A DNA stretch of 64,000 nt from Vicugna vicugna. Lineage: Eukaryota. Below the pieces are notes generated by a model, which saw only the letters and a list, made by a program, of their open reading frames with translations, searched no databases and was not told the DNA's origin. Positions 25,401-39,689 of the stretch are shown in pieces. Where the stretch lies: positions 6,960,295-7,024,294 of the forward strand of contig MU058636.1 in NCBI GenBank assembly GCA_013265495.1. The letters run 5' to 3'. Made by a program: the position numbers and the translations under genes. How positions within the stretch are numbered: position 1 is the stretch's first letter; the number at the start of each line of letters is the position of its first letter.

Positions 25401-28400
25401 ACAACTAAGAAAGAATTTAATATCTAAGAAGCCTAGGTTTTTTAATCTGTATTTATTAAATTTGGTCAATAACTATTCAGATTTTTACTTAAAGTGTGTT
25501 TGAAACAGCAAATAGAAACTATTTGAGTAGAAACAGTCTATTTCATGTATGGAAACACTTGCTTTCACAAAATGAATTTATATTGAAGTGAGGCTCCTGA
25601 TTCAGCATCACGTATAAAAGAGGGGAAAATGAGACTTGAGATTTCCAGTCATTCTTTACAATAGTGTTTTTATTCAGTATCACTAACAGTTTTTACCATT
25701 AGGATTTTTCTATTACAAAGTCTGTTTAAAAAAAAAAATCCTGTTCCATACAGAAGATTATTTTTTTCAGTCCTTGGTCTTCAGAAGGTCTTTCCTTTTA
25801 TGTCATCATCTTTGTGTTCCTTAAGAAAGGAAATACTGTGTCTGTGGTATAAAGTCAAAAGCAAAATTTAATTTTGAATCTAAATTCTTTACAAAGAAAA
25901 ATACTTTTTAGTAAACCTCTATTGTTACAATAAAGTTGTTCTATGTATGTATCTACTGCTTTTATCTCACACTGAGATTGACATAAAATATTTTTGAATG
26001 GTAGGTTTCTCAGTATAATAAAAAGCATTCTTTCCTCTTTTTTGAAATGCTCAAAATTGTAAACTTCTTAGTAATAGATTGATTCATACTTACTATTACA
26101 CAAGATCATGTCACCATATCTAACGTAATTAGTTGAGAGGTATATTTATCTTAAAATCTTTTCCTTTTAGTGGAAATTAAATAATATCATTTGGGGTTAG
26201 TAAAACACTGTTCTGTAAAGGTATTTGTTGCTCTGATTTCAGCTTTAATGAGAAAAAGTAATCTTTATTTAAAAATTTCCGAAGGTATTCATGTGTCATT
26301 AATACTTCCAAGAGAAAGTATTTACATTTGAAAGTGAGTTGCAGTATTTTCTCTTTCTTACACAGGGGTAGATTTTGTCAAAACACATTTCCAAGCTAAA
26401 AATGTTGTGAAATGGTATATATTGAAAAGAATTTCTCCTTCAAAAAAGAATGCCACCTTAAATTGATTTTAGGATGTTTAAAAACATTAAAATTTCCTAA
26501 TATTACATTTAGATAAAATTAAAGTGAAACTAAATTTCCGTTCTTCCCATCTCCTTCCAATGATGAAAGGAAAGTATATATTCAATGGATCATCTTTATA
26601 ATCCTCTAAAACAAATTATGGTATCAACTTTGTTGAGAAAGCAGTTCTTTTTCTTATCTAAGATGTTAAGAATATTTACATTCTTAAGATGCCTATATAC
26701 AAAATCAAAAATGCATATCAAATACATTAATACTTATATAATTGTATTTAATAATATATTTAAATGAATAATATGGTTTTTGAGGGAAAACAGTTTTTAA
26801 TGTAAGCTAGTTACATTCCATTCAACTCTACAGACACTTTATGGCACCTGCCAACGTGCTATCCTTGCTGTCTTCAGGAAGCATTCAGTCTAGTGGAGGA
26901 GTCAGAGTCATACTGCCTTATAATGAGTTTAAACAGTGTTAAGACAGCATGGTGGAGGGAAGAAGATTAATCCCAACTGATGGAAAGGAAACCATTATTT
27001 GTTGAATACCCATCATTGACTGAGTATTGTGCTAATGAGACCTTAGACACATTCATTATCTTGAGTTTTTTAATCCTGACATCAGCCTGCTTTTTTTCTT
27101 TTACATAAATCTTTAGAAGTGTAATTGTAAGCACTAAAGCACTGGCTGTGTTCTTGTTCAGTTTTAAAGTAACTTTTTCAATACTCTTGTTTTTTTTTTA
27201 AATTTATTTTATCAGCATTTTAACACACATTTTTGAGAGCTAACTATATAAATAATATTCATACATTTCAAAAGTATTTTAGCATCCATTGTCTCATTTT
27301 AACATTGCCATAATCCTGTGAGAGTTCAGTTGATAAATTCTTAGTCTTCTTACAACATGCGAGGAAACGGAGATTGGTCTGGATATATTTGTTAATATAT
27401 TCTTAAGTGATGTTTGCAGGGAAAATAAAGTAAGACTTGCAAAATATGCAGTCCACCTTGCTCATTTATGAGGAAACTGTAAAGGACATAATGAAAAAAA
27501 GTAACTTAAGAACTGTGCATATAAAATGATTAATATGTGAATTATCTTTATATTTTCAAGTGCTCACTCAACAAATATTTACTGATGGCCACTTTTTTGA
27601 TACTTGATACACTGGAAATTAAAGTCTAATACAAGAATACCTAAATAAAAGACTTCAAAAATATGAAAAAATAATGATAATATATTATGACTTACAAGAT
27701 TCAAAAATTATACAGTAAGGAGTAATCAATTAAACTGAATCCTAAAGGACAGAGCAAGTAAGAGAACTCCATGTAAAAGAAATTACATTTGTCAAACTTA
27801 AAGTTTTGAAACAGTGTGGCATGTTTGGGAACAAAAGCATTCAGCTCTTGGGGACTATAATGTGTGAAAAAGTCAAAGTCGGTAAATTAATGAGATTAAA
27901 TAAGCAGGGCCAAATTGTGAGTCATGGCCCATGTACTTAAATTGTACCAATAAAATAACATTGAAAATATATTCTTACATAGTAGATATATATAATTTAG
28001 GTGGATAGATAGATACATGTATACATTCATATATTACTTATAATAAATGAAAATTAAAGCCATATTTCCATACTCAATACAAAATAAGTAATATAGTACA
28101 CTACGCTGTGCTACACTAAAATTGGCTTGTTATGGTTTTATATTTTTTCTCTTTGTGTATTAGTCACACAGACATGATTTATGGCTTACCTATTATTATA
28201 AATAATTTTTTTCTTTATTGGTATAGATGTTTTAAAGTTGACTATAGAATAATTTCTTAAACAGAAATAAACTACTGCATAATATTTTTCTTTACATTAA
28301 TGGTTTATATTTATCAATCCAAAAGGACATACTGGGCAAATGAAATAATTTCTTTGCCTTGATTGTCCAGACTCTCCAATTAGACATATTCTCTGAATAT

Positions 28401-28739
28401 TATTAAGATAAGTTAATGTCTCCAACTTGTCATTTTTGTATTTTAATTTATATCTATTTGAAATAGCAATGAAAATTTAAAATGATAATAATAATAATTA
28501 TGGTAGTAATAATGCTAAGGTATAGTAACTACTAAAAATAGAAGCACTTTAGTTTTCTTGTTACTTCGCTTTTTTTGTTAGTTCACTTTTAAAACATACT
28601 TTGTTTTACATGGATCCTTATTTATTAAGAGAAATATTATAAAAGAGAAGCTTTATATAAAAGGTTCATGTAAGGCAATTTTCTATACTAGGTAACATTT
28701 CCACATACAGAGCTTCAAGCATACTTACTAAGAAATCTA

Positions 28740-28920
28740 TTTTTTACATTTTTTTTATTAAAGTATAGTTGATTTACAGTTTTGTGTTAGTTTCTGGAGT
28801 ATAGCATAGTGATTCAATTATACCCATATATATTATTTTTCATATTCTGTTTCATTATAGGTTATTACAAACTATTCAATATAGTTTCCTGGGCTATATA
28901 GTAGGTCCTTGTTGTTTAAG
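28740..28920 (-). mobile_element. Short cetartiodactyl-type L1 3' tail
   Basis: Poly-T then attaaagtatagttgatttaca...gtagcatagtgattca-like...gtaggtccttgttgttta. Flanking gaaatcta repeats at 28732 and 28921. Confidence 0.75.
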
Positions 28921-29949
28921 GAAATCTAATATGTATAGGATGCTTTCCTGTATTGTTATTTGTAACATGATGTGAAAAATAACGTAAGTGCAATTTTAGA
29001 TTTGGCTTCATTAATCTATAATTTTATGGAATTACTTTATTCTGAAACCTTTCAAATTTTATGACATTTTAATGTTTTCTGAGCATATAAGCATATATGT
29101 CTATCCTGTCCGGCTTTACACATAATTCACATTTTCAAGTCTAAGGTGTTCTGGTGGTTTGTGGTACTCACTTGTTAATTTCTTGATGAATGGCTAAAGA
29201 GGCCAAGAAGTGCACTCAGTCCAACATGTCTTCTGAAGATAGATGATCTCAAATAAATTCTCTTCCCAATCAGATTGTGATTTGTTGGGTGTTAAACCAA
29301 TTCTAAGGACAGTGTTTATAAGCCTTGTAATGAGACAGCCCTTTGAGACCTTACCTCTTTTTGCCTGTAATTTTGATAAATGAAACTCTAATTCATAAAG
29401 GATATTGTGATTGAAAAGCACCTTTGGATCTCGTACACTTTAATTTAGATAAATGTTTGGTGCGGTACCATAAAATCAGGAAGTTTACTGAGCTGCTAAC
29501 TGGTAACACTGCAACATGGACAGTAAGTTCATTGTGTTGATAGGGATTTGTTTACTGTACATCTTTTAAAGACATAATTGTTTTACTGCTTTAAAACTAG
29601 AGGCGATAAAATTGAAAACTTAATATACATTTGAGAGCTTACATTCCTTTGAATTCATTTTCTTTATTGGTAGATTCTAATTTTAATAACACAAGGGTAG
29701 TGTAAAGCTTTTTTTTTTTGGAAGACAAAGCAGAACATGGTTGTGATATGAGAAAAAAAAAACTTGCTTTATTAGACTGACTCATGCATAAAGGGCTTTA
29801 TTGACTATTTCATGTAAAGACCCAAGTTCCTTTTTGTGTGAATACATAGATTCTTCAGTTTACCCTCAAACTGAAGGTAAATCACCAAGAAATTCTGAGC
29901 TATCCTGGGATCTTCAGGTTAAGGGATATCCAGAGGTGACTTTCATGTC

Positions 29950-30195
29950 TCAGTTTATCCATTTAGTCAGTATTTATGAGGACTTGCTCTGTGCCAGGCA
30001 GTACGCTAAGAACCGGGAGTACAAAGGCAGAAGGATGTTGCTAGTCATCAAGAAAGGAGCTTCCTGGCCATGCAGAGGTAACAAGCACACAGACAGGGAT
30101 AATACCTACAACTTCTCTAGTAGCAGGACTCGTGAGATGTGGTGGAAGCATAAGAGAAAGAGCACACCTAGCTTAAGAAATCAGAGACAGGAACC
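29950..30195 (-). mobile_element. LINE-2 fragment
   Basis: catttagtcagtatttatgaggacttgctctgtgccaggca, the antisense L2 3' end. Confidence 0.6.
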
Positions 30196-30424
30196 CAGGG
30201 TGGGTAGACTTGAACTTCAGTTCAGCAAGGGTTTGTGGCACACCCGCTGGTACCAGGCACCAGGGCTGCAGAAATGTGAATGTTTTCTTGTTTTCTTCGT
30301 ACTTACGTACTTTCAAAAATGATCTGATCATCTGATTATCTAATTCACACTGAAGTATGATTGTGTAAAAGTGTATAACTTTATGGATCAGAAAACCAAG
30401 TTTGTGGTGAAGTGCAGGTTTTGG

Positions 30425-30660
30425 GTAGAAAGTGCAGTGGTCTTAGAGTCCCAAGACATGGGTCACAGAGTTCTTTGTCTACTGCTAGCCAAGTCTTAGG
30501 TTCCCCAATAAGGCATGTTGCTTTCTCAGCCCGTTTCCTCATCTGTAACATAAGGATACGTGATTATACCCCTTGTCTTTCTCACACAGTTATTTAGACC
30601 AAACAAGATAAAGAAGGTAAAAATGTTCTAAACTTGAAAGTAATATGTAAATGCAGCTTA
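30425..30660 (+). mobile_element. MIR SINE
   Basis: ttagagtcccaagacatggg...tctcagcccgtttcctcatctgtaaca MIR core. Confidence 0.7.
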
Positions 30661-30753
30661 TATTTATAAGAAAGCAATAGATTTTTCTTCTGATACTCAC
30701 TGAAAGCAAAACAATCACAGTGACCTAAATTATTATATTTTGATTGTGATTAG

Positions 30754-30897
30754 GCACTGAAGAAGATGTAGTAAAGTCAAAGAAAACGTTCCGAAGTCAG
30801 GCAATAGTGAATCAGAATGCAGAGACAGAACTTATGCTGGAAGGAGATGACGATGCAGTCAGTCTGCTCCAAGAGAAAGAAATCGACAATCTTGCGG
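30754..30897 (+). CDS. NBEA: Neurobeachin internal coding exon (144 nt, phase 1 to 1): (G)TEEDVVKSKKTFRSQAIVNQNAETELMLEGDDDAVSLLQEKEIDNLA(G)
   Basis: Acceptor tgattag|GC and donor G|gtaagt. The open frame links the 16281 and 51121 exons and matches the NBEA peptide as recalled. Not in the ORF track. Confidence 0.95.
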
Positions 30898-31489
30898 GTA
30901 AGTTTTTAAATATTTTCTATTTGTTGTAACTGATAAATGCACAAAAAGTTACCGAATTTAAAATCTATCTTCTGATAAATAAGCTTGTGCCAGTGGTTGG
31001 AACAATGCTCAATCCTGTGAACAGTAATAATTGACTTTATCTCATTTCTAGTATGGAAAAGATGAAAATACATATCAAACTAACAATGAATGAATAATAT
31101 CTACTTTTTTGTGTAATGAAGAGCAACTTTTTAATACAGTAGAAATAATGGTTAGCATAAATTGTTCCCATTTAACTGCCTAAATAACTGAGGGGGGTGG
31201 TGTAGTAGACTTACATGTGACTTTAACATGCTAACAGCTATGAAAAATAGCCACTTCAGCCAGGTGACCATTGAATTAACCATTTCCTTCCTGCTGTCAC
31301 TCTTGGGAAAGTCCCTCCCAATTCCTGGTTTTCTTCTCTTTCTGCACACTGCTAATCCCCAGTGTCAGGAGACATTCTTTCACCTGCCCACTCTCAGTTT
31401 CCACTTTGTCCTGGTGCTCGTCTGTGGTCAATTCAGAGCAGCATCTGCAGTGGCCAGATGGGATATAGATATCTTAGAATTTTGGCCCA

Positions 31490-31648
31490 TAACCATTTTT
31501 GATTTTTAAACCACTTTTGAGAATCTGATGAAAGCAAATTGTTTCCGGAAGGTGCACGTACAGTTTTGTACATAATATCAGAGGGTTCACGGACCCCTGG
31601 AAACCAGTCTGTGGAATCATATCCTTGATCTCAGGTTAAAAACTCCTG
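31490..31648. mobile_element. hAT-Charlie MITE (Charlie4z-like)
   Basis: ttttgagaatctgatgaaagc...agggttcacggacccctgga...caggttaaaaactcctg. Confidence 0.6.
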
Positions 31649-33264
31649 CTTTAGAGTCTCAAAAAGTGGTTGAGTCTTACCTCTGTTCTGCATTTTCACC
31701 CCATACAACATTGGGGTAGCAGATGGCATTATAGAAGTGGACTTCTGTTCATTATTCTGTTTACAAAATAGCACTCCTGTTTCCAGAAGTGTGCTGAAAA
31801 TTACCTGGCATGCTTTTGGAAAGCCTCCAACGATATTTCTACCAGTTAGAAATCTGTCATTTTACCAATGACTAGTTGTTATTGTTAACTGTAAACTAGA
31901 GATGGCACATTATCCTCCCTCTCCTAGAAGATGTTTAATAAGCTTATTCTAACACAGGCTCCTGGATATGCCAATGTTATTAGCATTACTGTATCGTAAA
32001 ATCTATTTTTCCTATTTAAAACTAATCTTATGTCTATGAACAAATGTTTGCCTCAAATTCCTAAGTAAATATTCAAGTTTCGGTTTTGTTGTTTTTGTGG
32101 TTTGTTTTAATAGTTCAGAGATTTTTATCTGAGGCTATTTGGCAGTTTAGACAAATGAAGTCCATTGTTTCTTTTTGCCACAGATTGTTTTCTCTTTTTC
32201 TGGTCTTATTCTTGATCCTAAAGAACTAGAGGAAATTCACAAACATAATTCCTGGCCTTTGTAGATGACGTGTTGCCTTTCCTCAATTCACATATCCTAA
32301 CAGTTATGTCCAATAATTATACAATTTAGTTCAGAATCTCTGGTCTGTAATTTCCACTAAAGGAAATTCATTAGTTGATCAAGTTTGACTAGTGTCTTGG
32401 AGTTTATTGTAATAAGATCTGTCCAGTAATACCAGAGGCAAAATCTAATAAAGATTGGTACCTTCTTTGTATTTCTCTCTTACAATGATAACTAGAGTAA
32501 TTATTCATATTAATTTATGTTTATAGGCAAAATTCTCAAACATTAAGTTAAAATATTTAAAGAACAATGAAAGTATGCTTGAAATAAATCGTTTAGGAAT
32601 CGAATTGTGCTGCTCTTAATCAATTCACTCTATCAGTACTCCTCCAACTTCTGTCTTTTACACAGATTTTTCTTTGAGCACATTTGCTCCTTTTCCTCTC
32701 TACCTAGTCTTAACTCACACTTCTTTTGTGGAATTCTCATGTCTGAAAAATCTTACAAACTGTCCTGAAATATTAGTCTGCAGTGTTCATTTCTAAATCA
32801 GCAGTGCGCAAATGTGACCCTTGGAATACAGCAGAAAAGAAGTAGGGTGTGGGCGTTTTCTAGCAGGAGAAGTAGAGATCACAGAAATAGTCTACATAAT
32901 ATGAAGGTTTCTAATAGAGTCATTTTGTAAATGCTGAAGTCTGTTTATTAATCTAGACTGTCAAGATAGTGACAGTGTCGCATAAAAAAAATTGTGTGAG
33001 TTAATTACCAGCTAGTATTCTTAGGTTTAAAAAAATCAGCTTTTAATAAAGTTTTAGAGCACATTCATGTATAACTTGTTTGTTGCTCTAACAAATTCTT
33101 GTCCAAATAATTGCTATCTCTGTCTCAGAAAATAAAATTTGTAAAGTAATAGTGTCTTTCTTAGGATCAGTTTCTGTTCAGAGAAAGAAGAGAAAGAGGA
33201 AGAACAGCCATTGTGCCTTGCTAGGAACCACAGTGTTCCTTGTGCTTCATGTGCAGCAGCCTGT

Positions 33265-33370
33265 TTAATATTTACCGCAACCCTGTGAGGTGGATACTGC
33301 TGTTACCTTAATTTTACAAATGAAGATATAGAGGCCAAGAGAGATTTAAGGAGCTTGAGTAAGATTAAGA
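33265..33370 (-). mobile_element. MIR core fragment
   Basis: caaccctgtgaggtgg...attttacaaatgaaga..gaggccaagagag. Confidence 0.65.
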
Positions 33371-34681
33371 AGTATGTAAAAGACTTCCTTAAAAATACAT
33401 AGTATATGGCTTGTACTAAACTATACCAAATAGTATCTTTAAATAAATACGTGTATATACTTAAAAATTCCTCTAAAATGATGTAAAAACAACATCTTCA
33501 GTTTATAACTCAATTTTTACACTGGCTCCACTATACTATACTTGCAAGCCTATGAATAAGCATAATAATTAATTTTAGTTTTATATATGTGTTCCCCCAA
33601 ATCATCTGGTAAGTTAAATTCTGATAGAATATTTTTTCACACAATTATATTTAAATATTGGCCCTTTCTCGTGTTTTCTCCATTTTCTTTGTAGCTTTCT
33701 AGTTTTAATAAAGATAAAATGTTCCACCAAGTTCTACAACTTTAAATGTCATACAATTTTCTGTTTCACTTTTAGTTCCTTTTCTTCCCAAGCTGTTCAT
33801 CTCAAGAGGCAAGTTAAATGTGTGTGATTATTAATTACTCAATTGATTATGTATTATAACAAATGGCTAATATGATTATAATATAGAACTATGCCAATCA
33901 AGTAATTATTATATTGATAACACCTAACTTAATTCAGTTTAATTGCTTTTTTTATTTTGTAATGATTGACTGCAGTGAATTAGCGTCTAAGATTTCACAT
34001 GTAACTAAAAATACCAGTTTACTAATAATATTGTTACTTAAAACATTAAAATTAATTAGTGTAATTCAACTGATTTTGATCTAAAATCTCAGTTATTTAT
34101 TTTAATTTGCAATTTAGCTTGGCAAATTGTCTCTTCAAATAATTGACTAAAATTTTGAAATTAACTCAAATTTATGTGAATTGACAAGTGAATGAGTTAA
34201 TTCAATTGATGAAAAGCGTGTGTTCCACTAATGAAATGTATTTCATTTCTTTTAGAGAGGTAGTTCTGTCACATACACTGAGTGACAATAGAAATAGTTT
34301 ACGTGATAGAATCAGAATTCTTAAAGATTCCTTTTTTGTTCACTTTAAATGCTAGTAATTTTGATAATTTAGGGAATTCTAAGTTAATATTGATTATGAT
34401 GGTCCTTCATGCTTTATCAGTTCTGTAAATTGTAAACAAATGTTTTATGTATATATAAACTGTTATCACCAACAATCCACCCAAATTTTTAATGTCAGAT
34501 AAAAGATTTTCTACAAGCCCACACCGCCAATGCCCAGCCTTCTGATTTTCCTTGAAATATCCTTCCACATCTCTGTTCTCCTCCTCCCTTGTTTCCCTCA
34601 TCTCATCCTCTACCCGTGTTTTCTACCTGTTTAAAATACTTTATGAAATACTCACTGGCCAGTCTTATTACCCCATAACAC

Positions 34682-35410
34682 TTTTCTGGTAACAACTTAA
34701 CTGACATATAATTCAATACCATACAGTTGACCCATTTAAAGTGCACAGTTTAATGATTTTTAGTATCTTCACAGAGTTATGCAACTGTCACCACAATTTT
34801 AGAATATTTCATCACCCCCTAGAAGAAATCTCACACCCTTTGGCTGTTCCCCCCAAATTTCCCATCCTCCCTCCACAGCCCTAGAGGACCACTAATCTAC
34901 TTTCTGTTTCAACAGATTTGCCTATTCTGGACAGTTTATCTTAATAGAATCATATAATGTGTAGTCGTTTGTGACTCCCTTTAGTTAGCATAATGTTTTC
35001 AAGGTTCATTCATATTGTAACATGTATGTCTTTTTATAGCAAATAATATTCCATTTAATGAATGTACCATATTTTGCTTATCCATTCACTGTGGTTTCTC
35101 TATTCAGATGTTGATGGGCATTTCGTTTGTTTCTCCCTTTTGTCTATTATAATTAATAATTAATGCTGCTATGAACATTCATATACAACATTTTATGTGA
35201 ACATATTTTTTTTTCTCTTGAGTATATACCTAGGCAGGAATTGCTGGGTCAAATAGTTACTCTATTTTTAACTTTTTGAGGAACTGCTAGACTGTTTTCC
35301 AAAGTGGCTGGATTATTTTACATTCTCAGCAGCAGCATGTGAGGGTCCAGTTTCTCTTCATCCTTCACAACGCTGGTTATTTTCTATCTATTTTATTATA
35401 GCCACCCTAT
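34682..35410 (-). mobile_element. L1MB-like 3' UTR fragment
   Basis: tataattcaataccatacagttgacccatttaaagtgcacag...accactaatctactttctgt...gaggaactgctagactgttttccaaagtggctg. Confidence 0.85.
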
Positions 35411-36477
35411 AAAATTTTAACTATATCATTCTTAAGTCACTTGTCACATAAAGCCTTGTATTGTAGATGCTTTTCTGTTTGTTTTCTCTCTCCTTTTAGA
35501 CTGTAAATTCCCTAAGGCTAGCAAGCACATCCCATATACCTTTGAACCATGAAGAAGTCTTCTAACACAATTACTTGCCCTTAAAAGGTTCCCATTGAAA
35601 AAGTTCATGTAGGTAAAGTGAACTGGAGAGCTGAGATAATTATCTAGTTAATTTATACCAAAACCAGGAGACAAAACAAAACAAAACATCTTTTGACCTC
35701 TTGAAATTAAGTATTGGGGTGCTTGAATTATCAGATCATCTGTTTATAATGATTGAATTATTCAGATAATTACTCATCACTCAACGTTTCCATGGTAAGA
35801 ACACCTAAAGTTAGCTAATCTTTGTCTCATTCCAACTTGCACTAGTTGTGTCATTTTAACTAAATATCTTTTAAGGTTCCCATATTTAGAGTTGAGATAC
35901 CACTGTGACTCTTGATCCAAAAAGAAATTTTTTTTCTCTGTCATGTGGAAAAGATGTCCTATAGCCAATGGATTATAATCTTATTTTGAATATTTTAAAA
36001 AGATTAATTAGTATAGGAAACTGGCAACAAGGGGAAAAACTATTAGAATATAAGATTTTGATTTTGTGTGTGTAGGTTTTTCAAAGTGGTAGGTTTACAG
36101 TCCTTTACACAGACATGCACACACATGCACACTCTAATTGAAGTGAAGAATCTGAAACTTTGAAGAAATGCATTATGTGAATTTAAGAATGAGAAAAATA
36201 TAGAAATAAGGAGAAGGTCTACCAAGAGAAGCAGAATCTACTGAACGGGAGGTTCTCCTAAATGACAGTCACCTTCCCTTTGTGACTCACCTTTAATGCT
36301 CATCATAGTTCCCAGGTGCACTTTCTCTGATGTTTAGAGGACATGATTTTGAAGACTTTCTTGCTGTTAACTGGTCAAATTGTTTGCATTTTGTACAGTC
36401 TTTGTTCTACCAATCCAAAGTGAAGGCAGGTAGCAAATGATGGGGGCAGGGAAGGAAATCGTTGCTTAGAATTTTTT

Positions 36478-36596
36478 GAAATTATGTAAATTTCAGGTGT
36501 ACAGCATTATAATTCAACATCTGTACACACTAAAAAGTGATCACCTCCACAGTTCTAGTTACCACCTGTCACTGTACAGTTGACCCCCGCACCCAT
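36478..36596 (-). mobile_element. 119-bp L1 3' terminal fragment with perfect 16-bp TSD
   Basis: tttcaggtgtacagcattataattcaacatctgtacacacta...cagttgacccc. TSD ttgcttagaatttttt at 36462-36477 and 36597-36612. Confidence 0.8.
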
Positions 36597-39500
36597 TTGC
36601 TTAGAATTTTTTCAAGGTTGACCATTCCTACCTCCCTAAATCTCTGTTTGACTACATTTCACATAGTCATTTACTTACTCATTAACATATATTGTATACT
36701 TAGTGAATATATAGAACTCTAGGATTCAGAGACTGATAGAAAAAAAAAAGTCATCAGGAGGATTAGCTCTGCTAACACTACCTCTCAGTAACTCAGATAG
36801 CCAGGAAATTATGGCAGAAAACATGTCTACCGTAATAAATGAAAGCAGACAATTAAGATGATCACTTAATTTAGTCTTTTAAATGTTCTTACTTAGAATG
36901 TTCGGATACCAGAGGCAAAGTTGTTTGTATAGAGAGTGAATGTTACCTAAAAACAGCTAAGAAAGGAGGATAAAGCAATATATAGAGCATACAAGAAGGG
37001 AGAACTCAAGAGTCTAGGAAATTATAATGAAATTAAAAGAACAGCAGAATTCTAAAAGCTAAGGTTTTCAGAGAAATGGGTTATTTTCAAAAGAAAAAAG
37101 AATATGAGCCAAAAGCACAGAAAATATTTATTGTAATTGTTTAAAGGAATAAAAGAATAAATACTATAGAAGCGACCAAGGTCAGTGTTTCATAGATGCA
37201 GATAAACTCTGATTCAGATCATGTCTGCTTAAGTTAAGCCTAACTATTCCATACAACACAATTCTAATATGGTTAATGAATATACTATTCCTGGCGAATC
37301 TAGCTTTTTTTTTTAAAGACTCCTCCACATTTATGCCTTTAATTACAAAGTCTGAGTAAACTGGCCTCAACCTGATATTAGTATTTAGGGGAAAATATCT
37401 AAGCATTCTGGATTCTCTGAAATGCATTTTGCTCAGGATTTTCCCCTTAATTTTTAAACCCATGTGTATTTTAAGGGAAATTTAATCCATATGTCCCTGA
37501 CTCACTCACACTTAACTCATCAAAATGTTGTTTAGTAAAAGCTATTTGATGTTGAAAAAGCCTTATGAGCCTTTATAAGTCTTTTTTCTCTCTCTTTGAA
37601 TTAGGAAGTTGCTTTGCAGTCATAAATAGTATACTCAAAGGGTTCATGTGCAGCTTCAAAAACAGAATTCACAAAGCTCTTAGAGACAACATTACCACAT
37701 GCCCACTTCTTACAAAAGCTAAAATATTTAAATTTCTACCTTAATTTTTTAATTCAGTTGAAGAGTTTGAAAGTCAATAAAAGCTTCACCATAAATATTT
37801 AGCCTTTTTAGCATATCTTCATTATTTTTACAATGTCTACAAGACCATTTTAGAGTCTGCAAATATCTTACTGTGTCCATCTTTCTGTATTTCCAAAAAT
37901 GTATTTCCCCTCCAACCAAGGATTCTGTAGTCTGTAGAAACGTTAAGATACTTTTAAGTATAGCAACATCCCTGCTAACCAAACTTTGTAAATTTAGAAT
38001 ATAATAAATAAAAGGACATAATTCTAGTCTTGTTTATTAGACATCAACCATGATTCAAATCATATATAATGTTCTTACATCTTTTTTATTTTAAGAATAA
38101 GCCATTCTTTGTTATACTGCAAATCTTTCACAGACCACAATGATGAGGTTGATTCTTTCTAATAAAATGTTCTAGTTGAAACCCATTTTTAGTTTTCACT
38201 TTTTTCTCTGTACGGAAAGTTTCTCACAAAGTAATCCCTCTAAAGATTTATAGTTATACTTCCTACCAACTTGAAAAATAAGGACAGTGAACAGCCTGAC
38301 TCACTTATTAATAGACCATCTCTCTCCTCTTGTAGAGAGCTAAATTTTCATATGCCGTGTTTTTTTAAAAAGTATATGGGTGAGGAAGGATATTAATCAC
38401 CTATGGAAAATGTATGGGTCACCTCATTTGTCATACTTGGAGGAAAAAAAATGTGAGATAACAAAACCGTTTTCCCGGTGCCAAACTGTGGGTGTCAGCA
38501 ACTTAGAGAAGAGGGAGGGGTGAGGATGCATCCTGGCATCACCGCTTCCCCGCCGGGAGCTCTGGTGGCCCCTCTCAGAGACTTCGGCACTCTTTCGCAA
38601 CTAACGGAAAAGCTGGTTTTTGCCACTACATTTAGAGCAGTGCTATACAGAAAGGCAAATAAGTCTCTGCATGTCGAAAATATTTTTTTATTTAATTATT
38701 TTGTTTCAATGGCTCAGTGCTACAGAGCCCAGAAACTGCAGAAGGTACTTAAACAGCACTAAGGGCAAGTTTTTAGAGGGAAATCCATTTTTTAAGCAGT
38801 TATTCAAGTAGAATCTGTTTCATCAGTTCAAATCATCCGTCCAGTAGGTACAGATCTAGAACTTTTTATCAGCTAAAAAGAAGAGTCAGACTGAGTTTGC
38901 TGTCTGAATATTTTTAAGTATCTTCTTTCCAGATAAAATGTTTTATTGATCAGAAGATGACTGATTGTAATGTCTTGTGTGTTTTTTGTTCAAAAGTTCT
39001 GTTGATGTTTTTCTTTCATTTTAAGTTACTAACAGGTGAAGCAGCTAAATAGAGTTGCAGTACTATTTCAGTTCAATTTGTATCTAAAACAGGAGTACTA
39101 AGAACCCAATAGCACAGAAAACTTAAAAAAAAAAATTCTGGGATCAAAGATCGGGTTGTGAGGATAAGTCTTCATACACCAGCTAGTTTTGGGGGTGGGG
39201 GTGGGGAATTGACTATACACGTAGTAAAGAGATAAGTTTGGATGGGCAGATGAAGCCAGGAGGTATAATCCATATTTATTGACAGAAAACAGTTCTGCAG
39301 ACTGACAACTTTACAACTCAATGAATTAGGTATTATACTTTATTCTAAGATGTGGAAACTTAAGGTCAGACATTGGGGTATTTATTCATAATCACATAAC
39401 GAAGACATGAGCCAAGATGTGAACCCACTTGTCTTTCTCCAAAAGCCCTTGTTCATTCCACTACATCATGTTCGGTTTTTTTTAATTCTAAATTGTAACC

Positions 39501-39689
39501 CATTGGAGGGTTAGCATATCAGTTACTTGGATTATGACCAGCATTATTTGTAAATGAAATAAAAGAGAAAAGATTCAAATAGAAAATGTCAAAATTCTCA
39601 CATAATAAAGGTAAGAACTGGAAGGACCTGTTGGGTCCTTATTCTCTGCTGCCAGATCCCAGCTTGACTCAGACTGGATGTGGTTATTC

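Noticed and set aside
29801..30322. 173-aa + strand ORF
   Set aside because: TTG start, runs through an L2 relic, no NBEA similarity. The three real exons already join in frame without it.
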